In this document: one piece after another, positions 13,554-27,125 of the stretch | Position numbering within the stretch: the first letter of the stretch is position 1 | Layout of the letters: every line of letters begins with the position of its first letter | Assembly: GCA_964016885.1 (NCBI GenBank) | Contig: OZ024740.1 | Coordinates: forward strand, 283,092,001-283,156,000 | Origin: Eledone cirrhosa | Taxonomy: Eukaryota | Reading direction: 5' to 3' | Length of the DNA: 64,000 nucleotides | The notes under the pieces: model-generated | What the model saw: only the letters and a program-made list of their open reading frames with translations | Databases searched by the model: none | What the model was told of the DNA's origin: nothing | Translations under genes and position numbers: made by a program

Positions 13554-13899
13554 ACTCACATATATAAAATGTACCACTAAAATGACGTAAACGAAATTGT
13601 GTTTGTAAACAAAATTACGATCAGATAATGAATGAACACATTTTTAGAGATACTGATGCTTATACCCGAGCTTCAAACACAAAACTCTCAGTAGCCTTTG
13701 AGAAAGGACTAAATGTCTAATCGATTATTTCTGGCTTCCATTAAAGTCATTTTCAAGACTAGATTACTATTTGTTTGATACTGAGAGAATGTAGTGAGTA
13801 AAATCTAATGAAAAATATGAACATAATCACCGTAAACCCACCACCCTAATACGTTTTTTAGTAAATAGATCGAATCCTGATGATGGTTTTAGCAAAGCA

Positions 13900-14440
13900 T
13901 TCCCGAGGTTAACTTTGCCTTTCATCCTTATGGGGTCGATAAAATAAAGTACCAGTAATGCACTGGTTAATTGCAGGCCTTGTGCCAAAAGTAGAAATAA
14001 TTATTACCGATGTCGTCGGATTGGCCGTATTGGTAGAGGGTCTGACGACATGCTTTGTAGCAAAGAGTTATGGCCCTTCATGTTCCGAGTTCAAATCCGG
14101 TCGAGGTTCACTTTGCCTTTCATCCGTACGAGGTCGATAAAATAAAGTACCAGTAATACACTGGGATAATTGTTGTCCTTGTGCCAAATGTAGAAACAAT
14201 TATTACTGATAGCTTTATGAATGTATGGAATGAGGAGTGTTAGGAAAACAACTGAACTACGGGTAACACCTTTATAAAAAATATAATTGTTTCTACTTTT
14301 GGCACAAGGCCAGCAATTATCCCAGTGTATTACTGGTACTTTATTTTATCAACCCTGTAAGCATAAAAGGCAAAGTTAATCTCGGCGGGATTTGAACTCA
14401 GATCATAATGGGCCGTAACTTTTTGCTGCAAAGCATGGCG
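13900..14440. mobile_element. Cluster of three tRNA-SINE copies (+, +, -)
   Basis: The copy at ~14012-14200 has A box tggccgtattggtag and B box gagttcaaatcc; inverted copy at ~14285-14440. Confidence 0.8.
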
Positions 14441-14904
14441 ATACTGCCAATATAATGAAGGTATGAGTGTTTTTTTACCGTATAATTATTGAGATCTTAA
14501 CCTATCCTCAGCACTTCAATGTTCCTATAATCTCGAACTATGATAAAACTACAGCGTGGCTCTGTTCCAACCAATTCTTTTCAGTTTGATATTTAGTCAA
14601 ACATGTAGAAAAGGACTATCAACTCGTGTTTATAGTAGTATACAACTGCCTAAAAATATTAACCCAACAGCCGGCAGAAATGTGTTCTGTTACCATTACA
14701 GTATCTACTGCTGTTGCTATTGTTTGTGATTGTGGCTTTAAACTCGTTGCTAATTGTTATTGCTATCACATATTATCACAACTGTATCTGTTACATCTGT
14801 TGCTAACGCATATTTGTTGGCATCGTTACTAAGTCTGCTTCAGTTGTCATCTGTTTCTCTCATTTACACTAGTTTTTTTTCTCCTATTGCACTTAAAAAA
14901 TGTC

Positions 14905-14926
14905 ACTACTACTAGTGCTGCTCCTG

Positions 14927-14979
<53 letters not shown>

Positions 14980-15116
14980 GATACTACCGCCACCACAAAC
15001 ACCACCATCAATAACACCACTTCCACTAGTATTATTAGCAATACTGCAACCGATACTGCTGCCACCACTAATACTATGATGATTACTGGTGCTTCTGCTG
15101 CTGCAGCTGCTGCTAC

Positions 15117-15150
<34 letters not shown>

Positions 15151-15223
15151 GATGCTGTTGCTGTTCATACTACTTCTACTAATACTACGACCACCACTAA
15201 TAACATGACGATTACTGCTGCTG

Positions 15224-15280
<57 letters not shown>

Positions 15281-15754
15281 ATGCTGCTACTACTACTGCT
15301 GCTGCTGCTGCTGCCGCTACTGTAGTGTGTAACATACACTCCTATTCTAAACACTACCATGACTATAAATATAAATACTACTATATTACTGATCCTCCCA
15401 CCAATACCAGCACCACTATCTCCAATGCACCACTAACACTCCCGCCACCATCACCTCCCCCAATATATACAATCACCACCTGTCATGGCCGAAGATAGTT
15501 TTAGGAGAGTTCCTGCCTTAAACATAAAAATGAGAGTCTATGCTTAATGGTATCAGCGGTGGTTATGAAGGCAGTTGTGATGGTGCTGGTGGTGAAGGTG
15601 GTGGTCGTGGTGATGATGTTGGTGGTGGTGGTGGTCGTGGTGGTGGTGGTGGTGGTTGTTGTGATGATGGTGGTGGGAGTGGTAGTTGGTAGTTACGGCG
15701 GTGGTGGTGGTGGTGGTATAAGGTTGGTGGCAGTAGTGTTAGTGATAAGTGCGG

Positions 15755-15786
<32 letters not shown>

Positions 15787-15840
15787 ATTGTGGTGACTGT
15801 TGTTATTGCGATGGTTGTCGTAGTGGTTGTGGTGATAATG
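14905..15840. repeat. (CTA/CTG)n and (GTG/GTT)n trinucleotide low-complexity region
   Basis: Directly visible; source of poly-T/V ORFs. Confidence 0.9.
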
Positions 15841-16559
15841 CGTGGTAGTGATATTGATTGGGCTGATGTGGTTTTCGGGATGAGGTTGGTGAAACGTGCC
15901 CACACACACACATACATATACGCACACATGCATTGCACACTGATGGGCACATACATATTTGTACACAAGTATTCCAATACGGCAGGGCCTAATGGATTCC
16001 CCTTGCAGTACGTACAATCTGGACACTCACACACACCTTGGTGTTATGACAATACTATATATCATTTCACACCTTTTATTATTAATGTTTTTGATGTTCT
16101 CTTGAGAGAATCGTTTTTGCTGAAAATATCGAATAATGTACACCATTTTTACCAGTATCACAAAAATACTGCCCCCCCCCACACACATACACACATATAC
16201 ACACACACACACACATATATACACACACATAAACACACGCGTACATTAACATACAAAGAGATATATACACACACACTTCTCCGTATAAGACAAGTGGTGA
16301 AATATATATTTTAACATGTTAAAATGTTCCCCACACACTTACAGACACATTCCTACTGACGGATCCCTCTACCACGAATTACTCTGCTACACACACAGAC
16401 ACACACACACACGCGCGCACACACACACACATATATTTGACTTAATAGGCACTTGAACTGTTGACCTTTCAACATGACTGCAATTCACACACACATCCCT
16501 ACTGACCATTATCACAACAATGAACCTCTTTACTACACACACACACACACACACACACA

Positions 16560-17020
16560 CATATTTGTCTTAAAAGACTTATTTTTCAGTGACTTCTCAA
16601 TCAGGCGAAAAAGCACACTCTTCGACACACCTACATTTGGCGCAAAATCAATTTTTAGTATTCACGTGACCTCTACCGACCAATCAAAATTGTTTTCACC
16701 ACAAGAATTTCTGCAACACGAATTGGCGCGAAACTTATTTTAATACCTCTGGAGCCACTTTTTTCACATAAAACAGGTAGAATTTCCAAAACTAATCAGA
16801 TTAGAGCAAACATCACGGACGCTCTATCTCAAAATTATTTTTGAAAAGCATTAGAAATGCGCAACAGGTAAAAACTTAAAACTAAAACTGAATACTAACC
16901 AATACTTATTACTAATTTTTACTTATTCCTAATTGAACTATTTTTCACTGGGAACAATTTTTCAGCATTTTCTTTTCCTTTTACCAATATATCACAACTC
17001 GTGTGTTACACCTCTATTCT
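16560..17020 (+). mobile_element. Solo pLTR-like remnant related to the PLE at 39976-42553
   Basis: Same motif order as 41680-42070: GGCGC, CACGTGAC, CCAATCAAA, TGGCGCGAAA, gagccactttttt..ataaaaca, then a TTGAAAA hammerhead. Confidence 0.6.
16838..16873 (+). ncRNA. Decayed hammerhead, U3-A8 core (family K)
   Basis: ttt-TTGAAAA-gcatt aga aatgc-GCAA (GAAA mutated)-cagg-TA-aaa. Confidence 0.5.
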
Positions 17021-17022
17021 TT

Positions 17023-17113
<91 letters not shown>

Positions 17114-17476
17114 TTAATTATTACAATACATTTAGAGAATCCGCTCACACAGTCACACACACACACGCATACATACACATACGTACACACACTCACAGAA
17201 ACATGCGGATACACATACCCGCACACACACACATACACACACATACATGTATATATAGCACGTGCTCAATTATAGCTCTTTTTACAAAACTTTTTTTTTT
17301 CATTTCAGGTAGACGCGCTCCATCACCCACTTTTCTAAACAATAAATCATAGACAAACGCCAGCACCAACAGTTTTGCAAGAGATGTCAACATGAATGGA
17401 CCTGTCATTTTTATCTAAAGACATTTTTTCCAATTCCATCCCACCCGTCCCCTCAATCTATCTTATTTCTCATTCT

Positions 17477-17514
17477 GTCTTCTGATGAAGGACTAGCGTC
17501 CGAAACGTTAAGAC
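17477..17514 (+). ncRNA. Ultra-minimal type I hammerhead (family E) in pLTR remnant ~17290-17603
   Basis: gtctt-CTGATGA-a-ggac tagc gtcc-GAAA-cg-TT-aagac; helix III reduced to the palindrome AACGTT. Confidence 0.8.
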
Positions 17515-17601
17515 CTTCTTCCTGCTATATCAAGCGTCAATCTAATATATCCCTTCCATATACTGTACCGATTGTGTTGTTATTTCTGTTTACCTTTTAC
17601 C

Positions 17602-17657
<56 letters not shown>

Positions 17658-17715
17658 TGTATACGTACATACGTATATTTATACAGACGTACCGTAGTAT
17701 GTATATACATACATG

Positions 17716-17819
<104 letters not shown>

Positions 17820-18016
17820 CGCGCGCGCGTGTGTGTGTGTGTGTACGCGCGCGCGCGTGTGTGTGTGTGTGTGTGCGTATGGGTTTACCGAACATTTATT
17901 ATAATGTTCGGTTTGTTTGTAGACAAACAGCCCGAATTAAGCCGTACAGTGTTCGGCAACCATCGTTGCCCTGTTGTTCAACACTGACAAAGGAACGATG
18001 AACTAGTTTCTAGATT

Positions 18017-18615
18017 AGTTAGTTGTTTGTTCTATGTGTGTGTGTTTTTATTTTGTCCTTAATTATAAATTGTGAGGTTTCTATTCCATTCATGTTTTCT
18101 AATTAATTTTGGTTGGAGTTCATTTATGTGTATTGCCTCTGTGATTTGTCTAAGCATTGCGTCTTTCTGTGTGTAGATTCTATTTTTGTCTCTATGTTCT
18201 CTAATTTGCCCTTATGTTCTATTTTAGCATGTTGGTGGAATATTGATGAGTCTTTTCTATCTTGGAAACAAGTAACTAGTAACATGTAAATAAACAAATA
18301 AATAAACAAATAAAAACACACAAAGACACCCGGATGTAACACATGCGCAAACTAAGGACACAACAGACACACAATAACAGAATAAAGAAGAGGCACAAAA
18401 CAAAGAAAAGAATCCACAGTCACTGAAGAGGTCACAGAATGTGTGACGAAAGAACTTTGACAATATATAAACAATCATCTGGTTGTGGAACCAACCAACC
18501 AACCGGAAATTTATAAATTCCTAAATTTATAAATTTATTATAATAAATTGAAGTGAAAGCAACTGGTGCGTGTGTTTCTTATTGGCAACATGACCCTCCC
18601 ACAGTATAACAATAT
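18017..18615. mobile_element. Truncated PLE (family F): minus-strand GIY-YIG C-terminus plus inverted pLTR
   Basis: 18017-18265 matches 38545-38790 (HAKIEHKGKLENIE); 18275-18615 is the reverse complement of 38185-38545. Confidence 0.85.
18419..18461 (+). ncRNA. Type I hammerhead (family F)
   Basis: gtca-CTGAAGA-g-gtcaca gaatg tgtgac-GAAA-gaac-TT-tgac. Confidence 0.8.
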
Positions 18616-18944
18616 ATAATTCAAAGCTCAAATGAGATTTTATAGCCCATAATATGAAAGGTAAATGACAGTTCAGGGTTTAATCACTAAGTTAATTTCT
18701 AATCACAGTAGTTTTACGATATCACAGAGCATATATAAAACAATAAAATAACCAGTAATAAATTACATTTTGACTTGAAGATGTCTGACAACGATGATAA
18801 ATATGTTGTTTATATTGTTAAATGGATTCACAAGAAATCAGTGCAGAGGGGAATGATGGAAGATGTTGCTGTATTGATAGAAACGTTCGTAAATCTATTA
18901 AATAATTTAATGTAATTTAATTCTGGTTGATTTCTTCTTTTATA

Positions 18945-19468
18945 TACTCGATGTCGAGTAATGCCATCGCTTAATGATTAAGCTTGAGCATCACGGGCGG
19001 GGCATTTTAGCACTGCTAGGAACTTGCCTATGCCCAGCAATACCATGCAGCGCAAAAAATGTCACATATCATATGCCTGTGCTTGGAGCTTTTTTGAGTG
19101 AGGAAAGGTTTTACACGGGGCCAATCCCACTCTCTGAACATCGAATGCATTTATCAAAAAAGAAGAACTGGGCTACATCATTGGATACAAATGAAGTCGC
19201 AGGTTTTGTATCAGACTGATATTCTCCTAGAGAGATGTCTTAATGAAGATTAAGAGTCCTCGCACAACAACAACAACAAAAATATCATTGGTTGGCCGTT
19301 GATTTTCCTGAGTTCCTCCGCCCTTTGATGGGTTTAGTTTTTAATCCCGCAGTGTCTCCAAATTTACTCTCCTCACCAAGCAAGCTTGGTGGGGTTGCCA
19401 GTTTAGTTTAGTTGTGGATTACCCACTGGGTTACATCTTACCAGAAGCGCTGAGAGCGTACTGACATA
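18945..19468 (-). mobile_element. Non-autonomous RTE-derived (SINE-like) element, diverged relative of the 50803 and 56845 copies
   Basis: Shares gccaatcccactctctga, ttctcctag, ctcaccaag..cttggt and ctgggttaca..ttaccag blocks; adjacent to (CATA)n. Confidence 0.6.
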
Positions 19469-19469
19469 A

Positions 19470-19620
19470 CATACATACATGCATACATGCATACATGCAT
19501 ACATACATACATACATACATACATACATACATACATACATACATACATACATACATACATACATACATACATACATACATACATACATACATACATACAT
19601 ACATACACACATACATACAT
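19470..19620. repeat. (CATA)n tetranucleotide microsatellite
   Basis: Directly visible. Confidence 0.95.
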
Positions 19621-20887
19621 TGAGCACTTGTTTGAATTGTTTGGAGATAAAGATTCTTTTATTATAGATGTTCCGGGAAAATGGTTTATTTGTCTCAATA
19701 AAATGGTTTAAGCGGGAAATATTGCTCGGGTCGAAGAAATGAAGAACATATATGAATCACAGATTAACCAAAACGGAAGTATAATTCTGAGATTATCTTC
19801 AATAAAAGGATTTACATTCTTTTGATATATAAGGATATATCGTTATCGTTTATGGATCTCTATGTATGTGTGCTTGATTGGCAGTATCTTTAAAACGCCG
19901 AATAGAATGATATATGGTATATATTTACTATCGGAATTTAAATCGGCCAGAAATAAACTTTGGCTTTAGAAAATGAAGAACCAATCAAGTTCTGTTGTTG
20001 ATTAAATCTATTAACTTCTCTCCTGTCATTTGTGAAGTTGTGCCACTGTTGGTATAATTGTATAGATCTCAATGTAATGATAGATATATATAGTGATATA
20101 TCTGACTCTATTACTATATATATACCTATATAGTGATATATTTATGATATAATGAAACCCAAACCTTTTGATTTACAAATATATTTATATTTCCTATAGA
20201 GAAACCTCTATAGTGATATATTTTTTTCCACTAAATAGATCCCAAGTAAACAGCTAACCAAGTTTACGAGAATAAAAGTGTCATATATCACTTGCATGAA
20301 TGTAAGCTCACTATCTGTCTGTATGTTTGTCTTTCGCTCTCTCTCTCTCCTTCACGTACACACATACATATATACATACACAGGCATACACGATCGCGCG
20401 TGCATATGCGAATAATAAAATAGGCGTGATATATGTGCTCTGGTTCTGAAGACAAAAACCGAGTAGATTTTTTTACAATGCTTGAAAGGTAGACTCCTGG
20501 TATAAACTTTGACATAAGGTAGCCAGTTACTTATGACATACAGCGGAAAACAATGTCAATGTTTTGAACCAATGGGTGAACTTCTGTAGTAGTTTAACTT
20601 GCTTAAAAAAGCAATGTTATTATCTTAAACAGACACTATCATTTTAAACAATGTTTAGCGAGGTGGATTACCAGTACCGGAGATTTGTGTCAGAGAGTTA
20701 AGGACCTTTACATTGTGAGCTCAAGTCCCGCCAAGGTTAGCTTTGCCATTCATCCTTAAAGGGACGATATATTAGAAAGCACCAGTACACGCATTTTCCG
20801 ATAATGTAGCTTTATATACTACTAATAAAAAACAAGATGGTGATGAAAAAAACAAATGGATTTGATTATGATTTTGCTCAATTTGAA

Positions 20888-21000
20888 GGTGTGTGGCTTA
20901 ATGGTTAGAGAATTGGATTCGCAAACGAGTGGTTGTAAGTTCGATTCCCGGACCGGGTGCTGCGTTATGCCCTTGAGCAACGCCCTCTATTTCACGTTGT
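20888..21000 (+). mobile_element. tRNA-derived SINE head (third family)
   Basis: A box tggcttaatggttag, B box gttcgattccc, then cccttgagcaa..tatttcac. A fragment of the first SINE family lies at ~20700-20790. Confidence 0.65.
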
Positions 21001-22180
21001 TCCTTCTGCCAGAAGTTACGACCAGTAGCTGTTATCAGCAATGGAAAGCCCAATGAAAACATTGTTTCATTGATCAGATTTGATGAATTCTAGACCACTC
21101 AGTAAGCAAATGATGTCTGGGAAATTGTCAATCGATTACTTTGTTCAATTTGGAGTAAACTGAATCCAAACAAAGGCAGCAACATGTGCAGTATGTACGG
21201 CTCTTTATATTAAAGATAGCTGTATTAAAATCTAAACTACACTTCAACACAGATAGACACGGAAGAAGCATGCAATAGAATGTGACAAAGCAGGTAACTT
21301 AAATCCCAGCTAGTTGTGTTGCTCCTATTGATTTATTTGTAGATAAATGACACCCACAATGCTATTCCGGAAGACTACTTCATTGAAGATTTGAGAAAAA
21401 GACATTAAGAATAGTGGATCAGGGTAGAAAAACCAGTTGCTACACGAGGAGAAAGAAGAACAGAGGAAAACGGATTAGATCAAATAATAGCTGACTATGT
21501 TTTCAAATAAGTTATACAGCGAGATCAAAAGATATTAATCTATTAGTGTCCTCATTCTCTCTTATATACACATATATACAGCAGGTCCGAACACAAAAGA
21601 ATCAAACTTTCACTGCACTGCCTCCGTCTCTCCTGATCTCCACATCTCTCACTATTATGTGCAAGGGGAGGCCCACGCACTGGCCGCCCTGTGGCCCCAG
21701 AAAACAGATTAAAGAAGGCGTTTACCCGAAGTATGATGAGCGAGACGCACTGGAAATGCCATTCCAACTTAGGAGGCTAACACCTACAGGAAGCCAACCA
21801 AAAGCAGTAGGCCGCAGACGGTATAATCTATAGCCAACGATGTGGTATGGTAATGTTGAAGTACACAGGATATAAAATACCTCAAGATCTTCAATTTTTC
21901 TATTCTTTCGTTGGTTGCCTCTTTGTTAATTAACGTTGCTGCATACAGACATGATTGAAATACTTTCACTTACGTGGTTTAATTTTTCGATTTTAGCACT
22001 GCCAAATGAGTTGAAGAACTACTGTCTCTCTTTTATTAACAGAAATATAATTACTGATAGTGATTGAATCGATATACTGCCTAACATTCTTCAATTTCTG
22101 TAGTCTTAATTTGGCTCACATATACCTCTCTGTCAGTCCCTAGCTATCTGTCTACTTGTCTGTCTGTCTGTCTCTGTCTT

Positions 22181-22290
<110 letters not shown>

Positions 22291-22392
22291 TTATATATAT
22301 ATATATTACATATATATATATATATATATTAAATATATATACATATATTACATATATATATACATATATTATATATATATATATACATATAT

Positions 22393-22424
<32 letters not shown>

Positions 22425-22469
22425 CATATATTATATATATATACATATATATATAACATTTATATATAC

Positions 22470-22528
<59 letters not shown>

Positions 22529-22609
22529 CATATATATATACATATATTATATATATATTACATATACATATATATATATATTACATATATATATATATAC
22601 ATATATTAC

Positions 22610-22661
<52 letters not shown>

Positions 22662-22663
<2 letters not shown>

Positions 22664-22862
22664 CAAAGGAATTGTGGTAAGCAACCAGATGGACCATAAC
22701 GCACCAGAGTACTCAATACTTAGGGTAGTAGAGTGGGGAATAGGAAAAAGTATGACCCCCGACGGCAGAGCTCAAGCCGTTTCGACGGCTATTTCTGAAC
22801 TAAGTCCAGAAATAGCCGTCGAAACGGCTTGAGCTCTGCCGTCGGGATCATACTTTTTCCTA
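22662..22862. mobile_element. Fold-back PLE pLTR family A
   Basis: Inverted repeat ~22741-22797 / 22807-22862 containing the HHR helix III half; (TA)n flanks. Another fragment at ~23760-23850. Confidence 0.75.
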
Positions 22863-23170
22863 TATACATATATATATATATATATTAATTAATATATTTT
22901 TGTATCTAGTTAGTTTTTTATCGATATACCTCTCTATAGATACACGCATATATGCATTCATGTAGAGAAGGTGGGTATATTGCGTGCATTTAATTGTATG
23001 TACTGTAAACAGGAAGCCTTTTAATTTAGTGGAAAATAAATTAATGAAAGGCCTTGTCACCATGGTTACCAGTTGAGAATTTAATAATTATAAATCAGTT
23101 TTTTGATAACCATTCATATTAGATTTACATATGTTTTTGTATTTACATACATATATGTGTGTTTGTGTGT

Positions 23171-23229
<59 letters not shown>

Positions 23230-23295
23230 CGTGAGTATGTGTGTGTATGTGTATATTTATATATATAAATATATATATATATATACATACACATA

Positions 23296-23354
<59 letters not shown>

Positions 23355-23848
23355 TGAGAGAGAGAGAGAAAGAGAGAAATGCTAAATAGACTGATAGATA
23401 TGTAATGAGTGTATATATATATATATATATATGTGTGTGTATGTGCGTGACTGTGTGGTGTGTGCGTGTATGCGTGTGTGGTGTGTGTATATGTGTGTGC
23501 GCTTCTATTTAAATGCATATATGACGGATAGAGGTATACATTAGGATTTAAACGCATTAATATACGAATCGACTCCTATACATATATATATATATATATA
23601 TACATACACACACGCACACACTCTCACTCCCACACACACATATACAGCCGCACATGCACACGCTTACACACACACGCACACACACACAAAAATACACACA
23701 CACACATATATATATATGTATCAAATCAGAATGGATTCAGTTTGAAACTAGTTAGACCATTACTCGGGTAATAGAGTATGGTTATATTATAAAGCGTCTG
23801 GACCCGACGGCTGAGCTCTTGCCGCTTCAACAGCTAGTTCCAAACTTT

Positions 23849-24387
<539 letters not shown>

Positions 24388-24413
24388 GATAAGTCTACCA
24401 AGAGTTTACGGTA

Positions 24414-24456
<43 letters not shown>

Positions 24457-25616
24457 AGGGCGGGGGATTGGCAGTATCGGTGGAGGATATATATATATAT
24501 ATATATATATTCATTAGTTAAGCAAAACAAGACCACAAAATTCACATGGAAGACGTTAGTTAAAGAGTGTCAACATAGTTGCAGTTTAATGTATATTATT
24601 TATTCATAAAGTACATTTAGAAAGCTAGAAGCGAAGTGTTTGAAAAATGAAATAGAAGACTTCGCCGTTACCTTTTGACTGAACAAAAAATCTAAATATA
24701 ACGGGGGAGTATAAACCCATTCAACGGAAAAAGAGGGATATCAGCACACATGCAGTTTGCCGGAAGACAAGAGGTTATTTTTGTTGTCGTTTTGTTTGTC
24801 ATGATTGAACTGATCCCAGATCAAAGCTATTTCGGTTATGTTTATGTTGTTTTTTAGCTCTGAAACATTGTTTCTTGTATCTTTTCATGAGTAAAGAAAG
24901 TCGAAGTTAATATGAGAGAGATGTGTGTGTTACCTTAACATGCTGATCGCACTCAGGCATCCTCACTGATTCCTATATTAGTTAGGACTCCACGATTTGT
25001 CTGAAACTATGCTACTAGAACAAGGGACATAGTTAAGCAAATCCGTACTCTGCCATATTCTAAACGCAATGTCAATCGTTCTTTACGTTTCTTGACAATT
25101 TTATCTCCTTCCTTCACTATTGTTGAATAAGAAATTAGTTATTGGATTAAATATTTATATTTCATACCCAAACATGTAGAAATACTCTAACGTGATTAAC
25201 ACCTAATTCTGAAACATGATTATGTAAACTTCATTTTATATAATTAATGTAAATTTGATTTATTTTCGCAATTGCACTCGTTGCTGTGCTTATCTACGTA
25301 AAGCTATGTCATTTTACGTTGTTTTCGCAATACGTATTATGATATATAGATATAGAATTATGAAGACGTTTTAGTAGACAACACAAAATGGAGGCAAGAT
25401 AGTTGGGGGGGAAAGGTTAGGGTCATGAGGTAATATCCACCTAAGATTTTGCATTTCAGAGAGGTCGAACGAGCGAACGAAAATACGTGACAAACTTTAA
25501 TCGGTTGAGTCGTGCAATTACTGGTAGAATCTACCATTTATTTATTTAGTTATTTACTGTAATATATTAATCATTACCGGTATAAATGATATAAACGATG
25601 TTATGTATATATGTAC

Positions 25617-25683
<67 letters not shown>

Positions 25684-25695
25684 GGAACGATTAGG

Positions 25696-25791
25696 ACTCC
25701 GACGGCTGAGCTCAAGCCGTTTCGACGGCTAATTCTGGACTAAATGAAAATTTTTATTCTGGTATATGAATAGCCGAGCTTCTCAGGGGGT
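25696..25791 (-). ncRNA. Hammerhead-like motif with CUGAGAA core (family A)
   Basis: acccc-CTGAGAA-g ct cggctattc...gaattagccg tc-GAAA-cggc ttgagctca gccg-TC-ggagt; mirror copy at 28126-28215. Confidence 0.6.
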
Positions 25792-26810
25792 AATTCCATA
25801 TATGGTAAAAGTGATTTTCACAAGGATTGGTCAAAAGTTTGTTGTTGAGACACATAATTCTATCATGGCAATTTGTGGAAGGAAGGGGTAGCAGAACCTG
25901 CCAGTAGAAGAAAGAGGCAGAGGGAATGGAGGAAACCCAGTCGTGCGTTGATAGTGCCAACTACAGCAGGATCCTAAGGGCAGTAGGTCAAGCAAGTATA
26001 CTAGGGAGGGGAGGGGAGGAAGTCGAAACAATAAGTAAATCAATATGGGGTAAATATATAGAAGAATACCAAGAATGTTAAAAATATAAAAAAATAAATT
26101 CTGGTTACTATTCCCTAACCACAATCATCAAGTCTCTCATAGGTACTGCTAAACTATAGAAAAGTTTACTAGGTGGGACGGAATTGTAGTGAGACCATTT
26201 TATGAGTTAGTAGTAATCAACCGAGTATATCTTACAGTGACAGGTCAACAAGTGGGGGGCCAAAATACTAAAGAAACTACCATGAAATAATAATTCAGAT
26301 TCCCGAAACTAATACGAAATAATTGCTTCCACTTTAGGCACAAAGCCAGCAATTACCCAGTGCAAAACATAAACTAATACGAAATAATAATTCAGAATCC
26401 CGAAAATGAATACTAATACTATCTCTAAGGGTGCCGCTATGATACAAAAATTCTAGTACAAGCTACATAAATGCTCGTACGATATATATGAAAAATTTGA
26501 TACGGAAAATTAATTCACCCCCCCCCCCCCCCCAAAAAAAAAAATAAATACTGATATACGAGAAACTAAAGCAGAGATACCACTAAGAAATGTAGAAAGC
26601 ACGGAAATGGGGCAGCCATCGGATAAGAAAGCAAGTATCTGGGGTCTATCACATCTGCTAAAAAGCGGAGTCGGCCAATTCTATCATAGAATAGGGGATG
26701 GGTTGGCGGTACTGAGGCTACAAAGGACCGAGGGGCTGCCTCGGGGTGGGCGAGAAAGTGAAAAGGACGACGACAAAGAAGGAGGATTGGGTGGAAGGAC
26801 TAGGAAGGGA

Positions 26811-27125
26811 TGTGACTTCAAGACCCGGCTATACCAACACAGACATACTTTCCGAAACCCGGCCCGGCGTCACGCCACCACACTTTCGGGCCACATCTGG
26901 GACCTCAAAGATAACAATATTACCTATGATCTCACTTGGAGCTTACTGTCCAGAGCCAACTCTTACACGGGAGGACGCCGTCCGTGAAATTTATGCTCTG
27001 AGGAAACTTTACAAATGCTGTTTTCGACAGACCAACTCCTAAACAAGAAAGACGAACTGGTAACTGCATGCACACACAGATTGCGTAGGCCTTACCTCGC
27101 CCTCAAACCCCATAATGACCCGGGG
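26811..27125 (+). pseudogene. PLE GIY-YIG endonuclease C-terminal fragment
   Basis: FKTRLYQHRHTF...TTLSGHIWDLK...WSLLSRANSY...P*NLCSEE...LLNKKDELVTACTH, in one frame across a TGA. Confidence 0.75.

Noticed and set aside
14012-14105. tRNA gene (also 20888-20955)
   Set aside because: A/B boxes run into SINE body sequence; no complete cloverleaf.
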